From assembly GCA_965277805.1 (NCBI GenBank), contig OZ255842.1, positions 448,001 to 512,000 on the forward strand: a stretch of DNA of 64,000 nucleotides. Direction: 5' to 3'. Position 1 is the stretch's first letter, and the number at the start of each line of letters is the position of its first letter. The position numbers and the translations under genes were made by a program. Under the pieces are notes generated by a model. It worked only from the letters and a program-made list of their open reading frames with translations, did no database searches and was not told the DNA's origin. The DNA comes from Candidatus Lustribacter sp. (lineage in GTDB: Bacteria > Vulcanimicrobiota > Vulcanimicrobiia > Vulcanimicrobiales > Vulcanimicrobiaceae). Shown here in pieces: positions 27,978-37,425 of the stretch.

Positions 27978-28666
27978 TAGGCTTTGGTCAATTCGCGTAC
28001 GCCCTCGTCGGCCGTGCAGAGCACCGCGTCGGCTAGGTCGAGGAAGATGCCCACGTCGAGCACGCCATGGATCGCTTGCACCGCTGCGGCGAGCGCGCGC
28101 GGATCGGCGATCGTGCCGAAGGCGCAGTCGAGGATGGCGTTGCCGTTGTCGGTCCGGTACGGCTCCCCGTCCCGGACACGCTCGGTTGCTTTGGCGGTCG
28201 GGAAGCGGGCCGCGATTTCGCGCTCGACCCACGCGAGCGTGAACGGCACCACCTCGACCGGGGTCGGGAAGCGGCCCAGGTGCTCGACCACCTTGGAGTC
28301 GTCGACGATCACGACGAAGCGCCGGGCGGCGATGGCGATCGCCTTCTCGCGAAAAAGCGCGCCCCCGCCGCCTTTGGTGAGGGCCCAATCGGGAGCGACC
28401 TCGTCGGCGCCGTCGATTGCCACGTCGATGTCCCGGCTCATGAACGGGATCACCGGCACCCCGAACTCGCGGCAGAGCTGCTCGGTCGCCGCCGAGGTCA
28501 CGACGGCTTCGAGTTTGTCACCCCCCGCGATCCGCTCGCCGGTCCGTTTGACGGCCCAGTAGGCGGTGGTCCCGGTCCCGAGTCCCACGCACATGCCGGC
28601 CCCGACGTACCGGTCCACGGCGGCATAGCCGACGAGTCGCTTGGCCGCTTCCTTAGGATCGCTCAA
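27977..28666 (-). CDS. rpiA: Ribose-5-phosphate isomerase A
   Basis: 'VGLGTGTT', 'IDGADEV', 'KGGGGALFREK', 'TDNGN'. Confidence 0.96.
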   Translation of the reverse strand: MSDPKEAAKRLVGYAAVDRYVGAGMCVGLGTGTTAYWAVKRTGERIAGGDKLEAVVTSAATEQLCREFGVPVIPFMSRDIDVAIDGADEVAPDWALTKGGGGALFREKAIAIAARRFVVIVDDSKVVEHLGRFPTPVEVVPFTLAWVEREIAARFPTAKATERVRDGEPYRTDNGNAILDCAFGTIADPRALAAAVQAIHGVLDVGIFLDLADAVLCTADEGVRELTKA

Positions 28667-28714
28667 CGGGGTCCTCCGTACGGGTGCTTGTGAACAAAAA
28701 TCGAATGACCGCGG

Positions 28715-28743
28715 TTGACGCTTCGGCGAGGCCGTGTTAGTCT
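28715..28743 (+). promoter_or_regulatory. Sigma70-type promoter of the ilv-leu operon
   Basis: TTGACG-17nt-TAGTCT with TG extension. Confidence 0.75.
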
Positions 28744-28752
28744 CGGTGCAAC

Positions 28753-28830
28753 GTGTTAAATCCCGTTCGCCTCGGTCTCGTCGTTATCGTTCTTGTCGCC
28801 CTTACGGGTCGGCGAGGCATTGCTGCGTAG
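28753..28830 (+). CDS. ilv/leu attenuator leader peptide (25 aa)
   Basis: [25 protein letters not shown]; 12 of 24 post-start codons are Leu/Val/Ile. Confidence 0.85.
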   Translation: MLNPVRLGLVVIVLVALTGRRGIAA

Positions 28831-28850
28831 AACGAATCAACGAACGCTGC

Positions 28851-28883
28851 AAGCCCCTCGCCGGAGTCGACGAGGGGTTTTTT
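28851..28883 (+). terminator. Attenuator terminator
   Basis: aagcccctcg...cgaggggttttttt; 5' arm cctcgccg can alternatively pair with cggcgagg at 28810-28817. Confidence 0.85.
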
Positions 28884-28907
28884 GTTGCCAACCGTTCCGG
28901 AGGATCC

Positions 28908-29921
28908 ATGGAAGCCATCTATGACCGCGATATCGACCGCGGCGCAATCGAAGGAAAGACGATCGCCATCATCGGCTACGGGAGCCAGGGCCGCGCGCAC
29001 GCGCTGAACCTGCGCGACTCGGGCTGCAACGTTGTCGTCGGTCTGCGCGGCGATTCGAAGTCGCGGCCCGAGGCTCAGCGCGAAGGGCTCGAGGTAGCGG
29101 AAGTCGCCGACGCCGTCAAACGCGCCGACGTCACGATGATCCTGATCCCCGATGAAGAGCAGCCGGCAACGTACATGCGCGACATCAAGGACAATCTCAA
29201 GCCGGGATCGGCGCTGGCGTTTGCGCACGGCTTCGGCATTCACTTCGGTACGATCGTCCCGCCGGCCAACGTCGACGTGTGGATGTGCGCACCGAAGGGG
29301 CCGGGCCGCATGGTCCGCCACGAATACGAAATGGGCCGCGGCGTGCCGTGCCTGATCGCGATCCACCAAGACTACTCCGGCAAGGCCAAAGCGATCGCGG
29401 CCGCATACGCGAGCGGCATCGGCGGCGGACGCGCGGGCATTCTCGAGACGAACTTCCGCGAAGAAACCGAAACCGATCTGTTCGGCGAACAAGCCGTGCT
29501 CTGCGGCGGCACGACGGCGCTCGTCACGGCCGGATTCGAAACGCTGGTGGACGCCGGCTACGCGCCCGAGATGGCGTACTTCGAATGCCTGCACGAGCTC
29601 AAGCTCATCGTCGACTTGATGTACGAAAAAGGCATCGAGGGCATGCGCGAGAGCATCAGCAACACCGCCAAGTACGGCGACTACACGCGCGGTCCGCGCA
29701 TCGTGAACGACGAGACCAAAGCGACGATGAAGACAATGCTCAAAGAAATCCAGTCCGGCGATTTCGCGAAGCAGTGGGTCGCGGAACACGCCGCCGGCAA
29801 GCCGAACTTCAAGAACTACAAGGCAGCTGCGGAAAAACACCCGATCGAAGCGGTCGGCGTCAAACTCCGCCAGCTCATGCCGTGGTTCCAAACCAACAAG
29901 GCTCCGGCAATAGCGAAATGA
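28908..29921 (+). CDS. ilvC: Ketol-acid reductoisomerase
   Basis: '[19 protein letters not shown]', 'APKGPG', '[16 protein letters not shown]'. Confidence 0.97.
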   Translation: MEAIYDRDIDRGAIEGKTIAIIGYGSQGRAHALNLRDSGCNVVVGLRGDSKSRPEAQREGLEVAEVADAVKRADVTMILIPDEEQPATYMRDIKDNLKPGSALAFAHGFGIHFGTIVPPANVDVWMCAPKGPGRMVRHEYEMGRGVPCLIAIHQDYSGKAKAIAAAYASGIGGGRAGILETNFREETETDLFGEQAVLCGGTTALVTAGFETLVDAGYAPEMAYFECLHELKLIVDLMYEKGIEGMRESISNTAKYGDYTRGPRIVNDETKATMKTMLKEIQSGDFAKQWVAEHAAGKPNFKNYKAAAEKHPIEAVGVKLRQLMPWFQTNKAPAIAK

Positions 29922-31612
29922 TTCCCGCAATTACGCCGCGGCCGCGTACCGGCGGTGACGCGGTGCTCGAAGCGCTCGAACGTGAAGGGGTCGATGTCAT
30001 TTTCGGCTACCCCGGCGGCACGATCATGCCGTTCTACGATGCGCTCTACGGACACCCCATGCGTCACATCCTCGTCCGGCACGAAGCGGGCGCGGCGTTT
30101 GCAGCGGGTGGGTATGCGCGAACCAGCGGACGCGTCGGCGTCTGCTGCGCAACCTCGGGTCCGGGGGCGACGAACCTCGTCACCGGCCTCGTCGATGCGA
30201 TGATGGATTCGATCCCGGTCGTGGCGATCACGGCTAACGTGCGCATGGCGCTGATGGGCACCGATGGTTTCCAAGAAGCCGACGTCTGCGCGATCACGCA
30301 GTGCGCGACCAAAGCCTCGATCCTGATCACGGATCCCGGTCAGCTCTACACCAAAGTGCGTGAAGCGTTTGCGCTCGCGCGCAGCGGCCGGCCGGGCCCC
30401 GTGCTGGTCGACATCCCGACCGACGTGCTGAAAGCACCGTACGTGCCCGAACAGCATCCGCCGCGCAAGGTCAACGACGTGAAACCGGTCGCAACGCCGG
30501 AATCAATCAAGGCCGCAGCCGACGCGATTCGCAATTCGCACCGTCCGGTGGCGATTGCCGGCGGCGGCGCGCGCGAACCGCGCGCGGTCAAAGCGTTCCG
30601 CGAACTCTGCGCGCTATTGGGCCTGCCGCACACGACGACGATCTGCGGTCTCGGCGCATCGGATCCGAACGACGTGCACGGGCTCGGCATGCTCGGCATG
30701 CACGGCACGAAAGCCTCGAACCTCACCGTGCACACGGCCGACGTCGTGCTGGCGTTCGGCATGCGGTTCGACGATCGCGTCACCGGCCGTCCCGATCGCT
30801 TCGCCAAGGGCGCGACGGTCGTGCACAACGACATCGACGTTTCCGAATTCAACAAGATCATCCCGACCGACGTGATGCTGCACGGCGATTCGGCCGACAC
30901 GATCAAGGCGCTGATCGCCGAGCTGAAAACCGGGCACGTGCCGCGCTTCGACGATTGGGCCGTGCAGGCCAAAGCGCTGGGCGGTCCGCTGCCGAGCGAT
31001 GAGTCCAAAGACGGTCATCTGTCGGCGACCGACTTCCTCGATCAGCTCTTCGCCTCGATGCCGCCCAAGTCGATCGTCTCGACCGACGTCGGCCAGCATC
31101 AGATGTGGAGCGCGCAGCGTTTCAAACCGAACACGCCGCGCGACTTCTGCACCTCGGCGGGGCTCGGCTCGATGGGCTTCGGCTTTCCGGCCGCAATCGG
31201 CGCGTGTTTCGCCAATCCCGGCCGGCCCGTGTTTGCGATCTGCGGCGACGGCGGCTTCCAGATGACGATGCCCGAACTCGCGACCGTGAAACGCTACCAG
31301 GTGCCGGTGAAGATCGTGCTGATCGACAACCGCAATCTCGGCATGGTGCGTCAATGGCAAGAGCTGTTCTACGACGAGCGCTACTCGGCGACGAACCTCT
31401 CCGACAACCCGGACTTCGGCACGATCGCCAGCGCCTACGACATCGAAGCGTTCCGCATCAGCGGACCCGAGGATGCGCCGTCGGTGCTCGCGGCGTTCCT
31501 CGCCTACAGCGGCCCGGCATTGCTCCACGTTTCGTGCTACCCCGACGAACTCGTCTGGCCGATGATTCCGGCCGGCGGCGTCGTCGAAGATCTGATGGAA
31601 TCGCGGACCTGA
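29918..31612 (+). CDS. ilvB: Acetolactate synthase large subunit
   Basis: 'FGYPGG', 'RHEAGA', 'TSGPGATN', 'RFDDRVTG', 'DVGQHQMW', 'GDGGFQM', 'LGMVRQWQ'. Confidence 0.96.
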   Translation: MIPAITPRPRTGGDAVLEALEREGVDVIFGYPGGTIMPFYDALYGHPMRHILVRHEAGAAFAAGGYARTSGRVGVCCATSGPGATNLVTGLVDAMMDSIPVVAITANVRMALMGTDGFQEADVCAITQCATKASILITDPGQLYTKVREAFALARSGRPGPVLVDIPTDVLKAPYVPEQHPPRKVNDVKPVATPESIKAAADAIRNSHRPVAIAGGGAREPRAVKAFRELCALLGLPHTTTICGLGASDPNDVHGLGMLGMHGTKASNLTVHTADVVLAFGMRFDDRVTGRPDRFAKGATVVHNDIDVSEFNKIIPTDVMLHGDSADTIKALIAELKTGHVPRFDDWAVQAKALGGPLPSDESKDGHLSATDFLDQLFASMPPKSIVSTDVGQHQMWSAQRFKPNTPRDFCTSAGLGSMGFGFPAAIGACFANPGRPVFAICGDGGFQMTMPELATVKRYQVPVKIVLIDNRNLGMVRQWQELFYDERYSATNLSDNPDFGTIASAYDIEAFRISGPEDAPSVLAAFLAYSGPALLHVSCYPDELVWPMIPAGGVVEDLMESRT

Positions 31613-31613
31613 C

Positions 31614-31829
31614 GTGACCTACGACCTCGTGGTTGGTGATCCGCGCACCGTAGCGCGGGTCATCAACATGGCTCACCGTTTCCAATGCCGCGCGTCGCGC
31701 GTCGACTCGACCTCGAGCGACACCGTGACGACGGCGCACTTCGAATTCGCCGGCGATGCGAAACAGCTCGACCGGTTGCGCGCGCAAATCGATCGCATCG
31801 TCCAATTCGAGAAAATATTTGTATCGTGA
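31614..31829 (+). CDS. Short ACT-like acetolactate synthase regulatory subunit
   Basis: 71 aa between ilvB and leuC; 'VARVINMAHR', 'QLDRLRAQIDRI'. Confidence 0.7.
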   Translation: MTYDLVVGDPRTVARVINMAHRFQCRASRVDSTSSDTVTTAHFEFAGDAKQLDRLRAQIDRIVQFEKIFVS

Positions 31830-33163
31830 AAAAGTCACTGTTCGATAAAATTTGGGAATCCCACGTCGTCGAGGAACTCGCCGGCGGCAACGCGCTGATC
31901 TTCGTCGACCTGGTGGTCGCGCACGAGATCACGTCGCCCCAGGGCATCATCGCGATCGAGAAAGACTTCGGCGACAAGCTCTACGATCCGAACAAGATCG
32001 TCTCGCTGATCGACCACGTCGCGCCGGCCAAAGATACGGCGACCGCGATCCAAGCGCAAACGCTGCGCAAGTGGGCCAAGCGGCAGAACATCCGCTTCCA
32101 CGACATCGGCGACAACGGCATCTGCCACGTCATCATCCCCGAGAAGGGCTACGTGACGCCGGGCATGGTGATCGCCTGCGGCGACAGCCACACCGGCACG
32201 CTCGGCGCGTTCGGCACGTTCGCGCTGGGCGTCGGTTCGACCGCGCAAGCCGGCGCGATGCTCGCGCAAGTGCTCGTGCTGCAGCGGCCCAAGGTGATGA
32301 AGATCGAGATCACGGGCGAGCTCGCGCCCGACGTCACCGCGAAAGACCTGATCCTCACGATCATCAAGACGATCGGCTTCAAGGGCGGCACGGGCTACGC
32401 GCTCGAGTACTGCGGTTCGGCGATCAGCAAGCTCTCGATGGACGGCCGCATGACCGTCTGCAATATGGCGATCGAAGCCGGCGCCACCGCGGGCGTGATC
32501 GCGCCCGATGAGAAGACCGCGGCGTATCTCGCCGAGACGACGCTCAAGCCGACCAACTGGACCTCGCTGCAGCCCGATCCCGATGCGGAATACGATCGCG
32601 TCGTGACGATCGACGGCGCATCGGTGCGACCGGTCGTGACGTGGGGAACGAACCCCGGCGAGAACTCGTCGATCGACGGCACCGTGCCGGCCGACGCGCA
32701 CCCGGACTCGCTCGAATACATGGGCCTTACGCCCGGCACGCCGATGAAGAGCATCGAGATCGATCAAGCTTTCATCGGTTCGTGCACGAACTCGCGCATC
32801 ACCGACCTGCGCGCCGCGGCCGACGTGCTGCGCGGCCGCAAGGTCACGGTACCGACGATCATCACCCCGGGTTCGGTCGGTGTGAAGCGCCAGGCCGAAC
32901 GCGAAGGCTTGCACGACATCTTCCAAGATGCCGGCTGCTTGTGGACGCACTCGTCGTGCGGCCCGTGTCTTGGGATGTCGGTCGGCGTGATCGCTCCGCA
33001 AACGCGCGTGATCTCATCGACCAATCGCAATTTCCCCGGTCGCATGGGCGACGGCGGCCGCGTGCATCTGGCCTCTCCGCAAGTCGTGGCGGCATCGGCG
33101 ATCCTCGGACGGATCGCCTCGCCGAGCGACGTGCCGGCCGCGCGCGAAGCGGTGCCGGCATGA
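31826..33163 (+). CDS. leuC: 3-isopropylmalate dehydratase large subunit
   Basis: 'HEITSPQ', 'CGDSHT', 'FIGSCTNSR', 'CGPCLG', 'STNRNF'. Confidence 0.96.
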   Translation: MKKSLFDKIWESHVVEELAGGNALIFVDLVVAHEITSPQGIIAIEKDFGDKLYDPNKIVSLIDHVAPAKDTATAIQAQTLRKWAKRQNIRFHDIGDNGICHVIIPEKGYVTPGMVIACGDSHTGTLGAFGTFALGVGSTAQAGAMLAQVLVLQRPKVMKIEITGELAPDVTAKDLILTIIKTIGFKGGTGYALEYCGSAISKLSMDGRMTVCNMAIEAGATAGVIAPDEKTAAYLAETTLKPTNWTSLQPDPDAEYDRVVTIDGASVRPVVTWGTNPGENSSIDGTVPADAHPDSLEYMGLTPGTPMKSIEIDQAFIGSCTNSRITDLRAAADVLRGRKVTVPTIITPGSVGVKRQAEREGLHDIFQDAGCLWTHSSCGPCLGMSVGVIAPQTRVISSTNRNFPGRMGDGGRVHLASPQVVAASAILGRIASPSDVPAAREAVPA

Positions 33164-33690
33164 TCGTCAAGGGCCCCGTGCTGCCGATCCCGCACGCCAA
33201 CGTCGATACCGACCAGATCATTCCGGCCAAGCACCTCACCACGATCGATGAATCCGGCATGGGTGAATTCTGCTTCACCGGCATGACCAACGGCCGCAAG
33301 ATGCTCGACGAGCACCCCGGCGCGGTCGTGTGGGTCGCGGGGGAGAACGTCGGCTGCGGTTCGTCGCGCGAACACGCCGCGTGGGCGCTGCTCGGCGCCG
33401 GCATCAAGGCCGTGATCTCGCCGAGCTTCGCGCGCATCTTCCACGAGAACTGTTACATGAACGGGCTCGTGCCGGTGATCGTCGACGCGTCGCTGATCCC
33501 GCGCTTCGCCGCGGCCAAGACGATCACGATCGATGTCGAGAACGAAACCGTGCAAGCCGACGACGACGCGCCGATCAAATTCGAACTCGATCCGGCGCGT
33601 AAACCCTTCGTGCTCGGCGGCGGTTTCCTCAAGTACCTCAACTCCAAAATCCCGGAAATTCGCGCGTGGGAGGCCAAGCGCGCGTCATGA
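33160..33690 (+). CDS. leuD: 3-isopropylmalate dehydratase small subunit
   Basis: 'NVDTDQIIPA', 'GCGSSREHA', 'SFARIF'. Confidence 0.96.
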   Translation: MIVKGPVLPIPHANVDTDQIIPAKHLTTIDESGMGEFCFTGMTNGRKMLDEHPGAVVWVAGENVGCGSSREHAAWALLGAGIKAVISPSFARIFHENCYMNGLVPVIVDASLIPRFAAAKTITIDVENETVQADDDAPIKFELDPARKPFVLGGGFLKYLNSKIPEIRAWEAKRAS

Positions 33691-34760
33691 CGCAGATCGC
33701 GGTTCTTCCCGGTGACGGGATCGGTCCCGAAGTCACCGCGGCCGCCGTGCGCGTGCTCGACGCCGCGCACCCCGGACTGACGTTCGTCGAAGCGCCGATC
33801 GGCGCGAACGCGATCGCGAGCGTGGGCGAGCCGATGCCGGGCGAAACGGTCCGCATCTGCAGCGAAAGCGCCGCGATTCTCTTCGGTGCCGTCGGCGGTC
33901 CCGGCCACGATCATCTGCCGCCCGACAAACGCCCCGAAGCGGCGATCCTCGGCTTGCGCAAGCACTTCAATCTCTACGCGAACGTTCGCCCGGCGCGCGT
34001 GTTTCCGGGCATGGAGACGCGCTCGCCGCTACGCAGCGAACTCGTCGACGGAATGGACCTCGTGTTTATTCGCGAGCTGACCGGCGGCTTGTACTTCGGT
34101 GAGAAGACGCTCACGACGGAAGACGGTCACGAAACCGTGCGCGACGTGCTGATCTACCGCGATTACGAGATCGAGCGCGTCGCCCGCTTCGCGTTCGCGC
34201 TGGCGCGGATGCGCAGCAAGCGCCTCACCTCGGTCGACAAGAACAACGTGCTGCTCAGCTCGCAGCTCTGGCGGCGCATCGTCATCGACGTCGCCAAAGA
34301 TTTCCCCGACGTCAAACTCGAGCACATGCTGGTCGACAATGCGGCGATGCAGCTGGTGCGCGATCCGCGCACGTTTGACGTGATCGTTACCGAGAACATG
34401 TTCGGCGACATCCTCTCCGACGAGGCCGCAATGATCACGGGCACGATCGGCACCGCCTCGAGCGCCGCGCTCAACAGCGCGCCGGATGCGAACGGCTTCG
34501 GACTCTACGAACCGATCAGCGGAACGGCACCCGACATCGCCGGCAAAGGGCTCGCCAACCCGATCGGCGCGATTCTCTCGGCCGCGATGCTGGCGCGCTA
34601 TTCGCTCGGCGACGAAGCCGGCGCTGCAGCGATCGAACGCGCGGTGTCGGAAACGCTCGCCGAGGGACCGCGCACGCGCGATCTCGACGTCGCGAACGAC
34701 GCGTCAACCAACGCCGTTGCCGACGCGATCGTCGCGCGGATCAGCCGGGTCGCCGCCTAA
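33687..34760 (+). CDS. leuB: 3-isopropylmalate dehydrogenase
   Basis: 'LPGDGIGPEV', 'RELTGGLYFG', 'NMFGDILSDEA', 'APDIAGKGLANP'. Confidence 0.96.
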   Translation: MTQIAVLPGDGIGPEVTAAAVRVLDAAHPGLTFVEAPIGANAIASVGEPMPGETVRICSESAAILFGAVGGPGHDHLPPDKRPEAAILGLRKHFNLYANVRPARVFPGMETRSPLRSELVDGMDLVFIRELTGGLYFGEKTLTTEDGHETVRDVLIYRDYEIERVARFAFALARMRSKRLTSVDKNNVLLSSQLWRRIVIDVAKDFPDVKLEHMLVDNAAMQLVRDPRTFDVIVTENMFGDILSDEAAMITGTIGTASSAALNSAPDANGFGLYEPISGTAPDIAGKGLANPIGAILSAAMLARYSLGDEAGAAAIERAVSETLAEGPRTRDLDVANDASTNAVADAIVARISRVAA

Positions 34761-34761
34761 G

Positions 34762-35250
34762 CTAGGTGCTCTGGGCGGCAGTAACGTGGTCCTCGTCGAG
34801 GAGCCACGTCCCGTTCGCCGCTTTGACCCACGTGAGTTCGTGCGTCGAGTAGTCGCGTTCGACGCCCGGCGCGCCCATCGGATCCGGGTTGTTGGCGCCG
34901 TAAAACCAGCGCTCAGCATCGACCGTTTCGCGCGCACCGGTATCGGTGAGGACCGTCGATTTGATCCGCTGGCTGTTGCCGCTCGGCGAGGAGGCGGTGA
35001 AATAGATCTTGCTCACCCCCGCGATGAACCCGGCGTAGTTGAGCTGCTTGCCGTTGGGCTGAATGACGTGGAACGTGTTGGTCGTAATACTGGAGAGCTT
35101 TGCCCCATCACCGTGGGAGATCGCATCGAAGTAGGCCGTCGTTTGCGCGCTGAGCGAATCCGGCGGACCGGCCGGCGCCGTTTGTGCGGCAGCCGCAACC
35201 GGGGCAGTTAGCGCAAGCGAGACGATCAGGGAGCCCAGAAGCCGATTCAT
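34762..35250 (-). CDS. Secreted NTF2-like (DUF4440-like) protein
   Basis: Signal peptide, 'AISHGDG', C-terminal 'WVKAANGTWLL'; TGgTATATT-6nt-ATG. Confidence 0.7.
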   Translation of the reverse strand: MNRLLGSLIVSLALTAPVAAAAQTAPAGPPDSLSAQTTAYFDAISHGDGAKLSSITTNTFHVIQPNGKQLNYAGFIAGVSKIYFTASSPSGNSQRIKSTVLTDTGARETVDAERWFYGANNPDPMGAPGVERDYSTHELTWVKAANGTWLLDEDHVTAAQST

Positions 35251-35259
35251 AGCTCTAAT

Positions 35260-36108
35260 ATACCATCAAAATCTGAAGCCGAATCTGAAGAAATCACCGC
35301 CCGCGACGGCGCTCGGCTGTGCTATACGCTTCACGAATCAGGACGGCCGGGGGCTCCGCGCCTGGCGCTGGTTCACTCGCTGGCGCTCGACCGCAGCATC
35401 TGGGACGGTGTGATCACGGCCCTGGGCGGGGCAGTCGATGTCCTGACATACGATTGCCGCGGACACGGTGCTTCGAGCAAACCCCCCGGACCGTACACGA
35501 CGGGCCTGTTTGCCGCCGATCTGCGCGACTTGCTCGCGGCCGCCGGATGGGAGCATGCCTTCGTCGCGGGCGCGTCGATGGGCGGCAGCGTTGCCTTGCA
35601 GTTCGCCGTGTCCTATCCTGAATTGCTGGACGGTCTCGGCCTGATCGACACGACCGCGTGGTACGGCCCCGACGCGCCGAAGAGCTGGCACGAGCGCGGC
35701 AGCAAAGCGATCGAAGACGGACTCGCGAGCCTCATCGCGTTTCAGCAGACGCGCTGGTTCAGCGACGCGTTCCGCGCCGATCGTCCTGATGTGGGCGAAC
35801 GTTTCGCGAAAGTTTTTCTCGCCAACGATCTGGCGGCGTACGCGGCCACGTGCGAGATGCTCGGCTCGTTCAACCTGACCGCGCAGCTCGGCACGATCAC
35901 CGCGCCGGTGGAGATTCTGGTCGGCGAAGAAGATTACGCGACGCCGCCCGAGATGGCGCGCGCGCTTGCAGCGGGCATCGCCGGCTCAAAAATGCAGATC
36001 GTTCCGAAGGCGCGGCATTTGACGCCGATTGAAATTCCCGAACGCGTTGCGGCGATGCTGCAAACGGTCATCGTGCGTAAAGGCGGATCCGTTGCAGACG
36101 GGCGGTGA
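35260..36108 (+). CDS. Alpha/beta hydrolase (enol-lactonase PcaD-like), start unresolved
   Basis: 'LVHSLALDRSIW' upstream of the first GTG, 'YDCRGHG', GASMGG, 'GEEDYATP', 'RHL'. Confidence 0.85.
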   Translation: MPSKSEAESEEITARDGARLCYTLHESGRPGAPRLALVHSLALDRSIWDGVITALGGAVDVLTYDCRGHGASSKPPGPYTTGLFAADLRDLLAAAGWEHAFVAGASMGGSVALQFAVSYPELLDGLGLIDTTAWYGPDAPKSWHERGSKAIEDGLASLIAFQQTRWFSDAFRADRPDVGERFAKVFLANDLAAYAATCEMLGSFNLTAQLGTITAPVEILVGEEDYATPPEMARALAAGIAGSKMQIVPKARHLTPIEIPERVAAMLQTVIVRKGGSVADGR

Positions 36109-36556
36109 GTTCACGGTCGCCGTTCCGCAAGAACGGGCCTTCGCATTCATCAGCGATCCATTCAAGATCGCGGCGTGCATCCCGGGCTGCAGCGATCTGC
36201 GCGAGGTTGCGCCCGGCAAATACGCGGCGAAGCTGTCGAACCGCGTTGGACCGATTTCGATTTCGTTCGACGTGTCGGTCGAGCTGACGAAAGTGGAGCC
36301 GCCGGCGGCGATCGACGCCGTCGTCAGCGGCAACGCGTCGGGTTTGGGCGGCCGCCTCACGGCGACGGCCACGGTGCGGCTCGCTGCGGTCGATGCAGCA
36401 CAAACGAAGGTCACCTACACCGTCGACTTGGGCTTAACCGGCAAGCTCGGCGGCATCGGGCAACCGGTGTTTCGCGCCAAGAGCGACGAGCTCAGCAAGA
36501 AATTCGGCGCCAACGTGCGCGCGGCGCTCGAATCTGGCGAGGCGGCTCGCACGTGA
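36092..36556 (+). CDS. CoxG/SRPBCC family protein
   Basis: 'ACIPG', 'VGPIS', 'GKLGGIGQ'. Confidence 0.87.
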   Translation: MQTGGEFTVAVPQERAFAFISDPFKIAACIPGCSDLREVAPGKYAAKLSNRVGPISISFDVSVELTKVEPPAAIDAVVSGNASGLGGRLTATATVRLAAVDAAQTKVTYTVDLGLTGKLGGIGQPVFRAKSDELSKKFGANVRAALESGEAART

Positions 36557-37425
36557 GTTTCGAGTTGCTGGAACCAGCCACGCTCGATGAAGCGCTGGCA
36601 CTGCTCGACCCCGACGACTTTGCGGTGCGCGCCGTCGCCGGCGGCACCGCGCTCTCGCTGATGGTGCAGTCACACATCTTCAAGCCGACGCGGCTGATCA
36701 GCCTGCGGCGTCTGAACGGCGAGCTGCGCGGCGTGCACGTCGAGGGCGACGGCAGCCTGCGCATCGGCGCGATGACGACGCTGACCGAACTCGAACGCTC
36801 GCCGGTGCTCGCCGTTTCGGAGCCGGTGCTTTCGCGCGCGCTGCACACGCTCTCAAACGTTCGCGTGCGAAACATCGCGACGATCGGCGGACATCTCGCG
36901 CACGGCGATCCGCACATGGACTTGCCGCCGATCCTGGTGACGCTCGGCGCGCGCGTGCGTGCGGTTTCGCCGCGCGGCGAGCGCTGGATCGACGCGGACG
37001 AACTGATCACCGGCTACTATGAGACCTCGCTTGCGGGTGACGAATTGATCGTCGAGGTCCTCGTGCCGGCGCAGCCGCCCGGCGCGCGCGCGGCGTACGC
37101 GAAGTTCACCGCGCTCTCGGCCGACGATTGGCCGGCCGTCGGCGTTGCGGTGTGGCTGCGGCGCGACGGCGAGAAGATCGTCGAAGCGCGGGTCGTCGTC
37201 GGCGGCGCGACCGATCATCCGACGCGGATGACGGCGGCCGAAGCGGCGCTGACCGGCAACGCCGCCGATGCGAAAGCGTTTGCGGCGGCCGGCGATGCAG
37301 CGGCCGGCGAGGTCCAACCGCTGGGCGATCTGCGCGGTTCCGGTCCCTATAAACGCGAGATGGTGCGCGTCCACGTTCGCCGCGCACTCGAGCGCGCCGC
37401 TCTGCCGTCCGAGGATCGCACGTGA
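36553..37425 (+). CDS. Mo-hydroxylase FAD subunit
   Basis: 'VAGGTAL', 'RVRNIATIGG', 'DLRGSGPYK'. Confidence 0.92.
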   Translation: MSFELLEPATLDEALALLDPDDFAVRAVAGGTALSLMVQSHIFKPTRLISLRRLNGELRGVHVEGDGSLRIGAMTTLTELERSPVLAVSEPVLSRALHTLSNVRVRNIATIGGHLAHGDPHMDLPPILVTLGARVRAVSPRGERWIDADELITGYYETSLAGDELIVEVLVPAQPPGARAAYAKFTALSADDWPAVGVAVWLRRDGEKIVEARVVVGGATDHPTRMTAAEAALTGNAADAKAFAAAGDAAAGEVQPLGDLRGSGPYKREMVRVHVRRALERAALPSEDRT

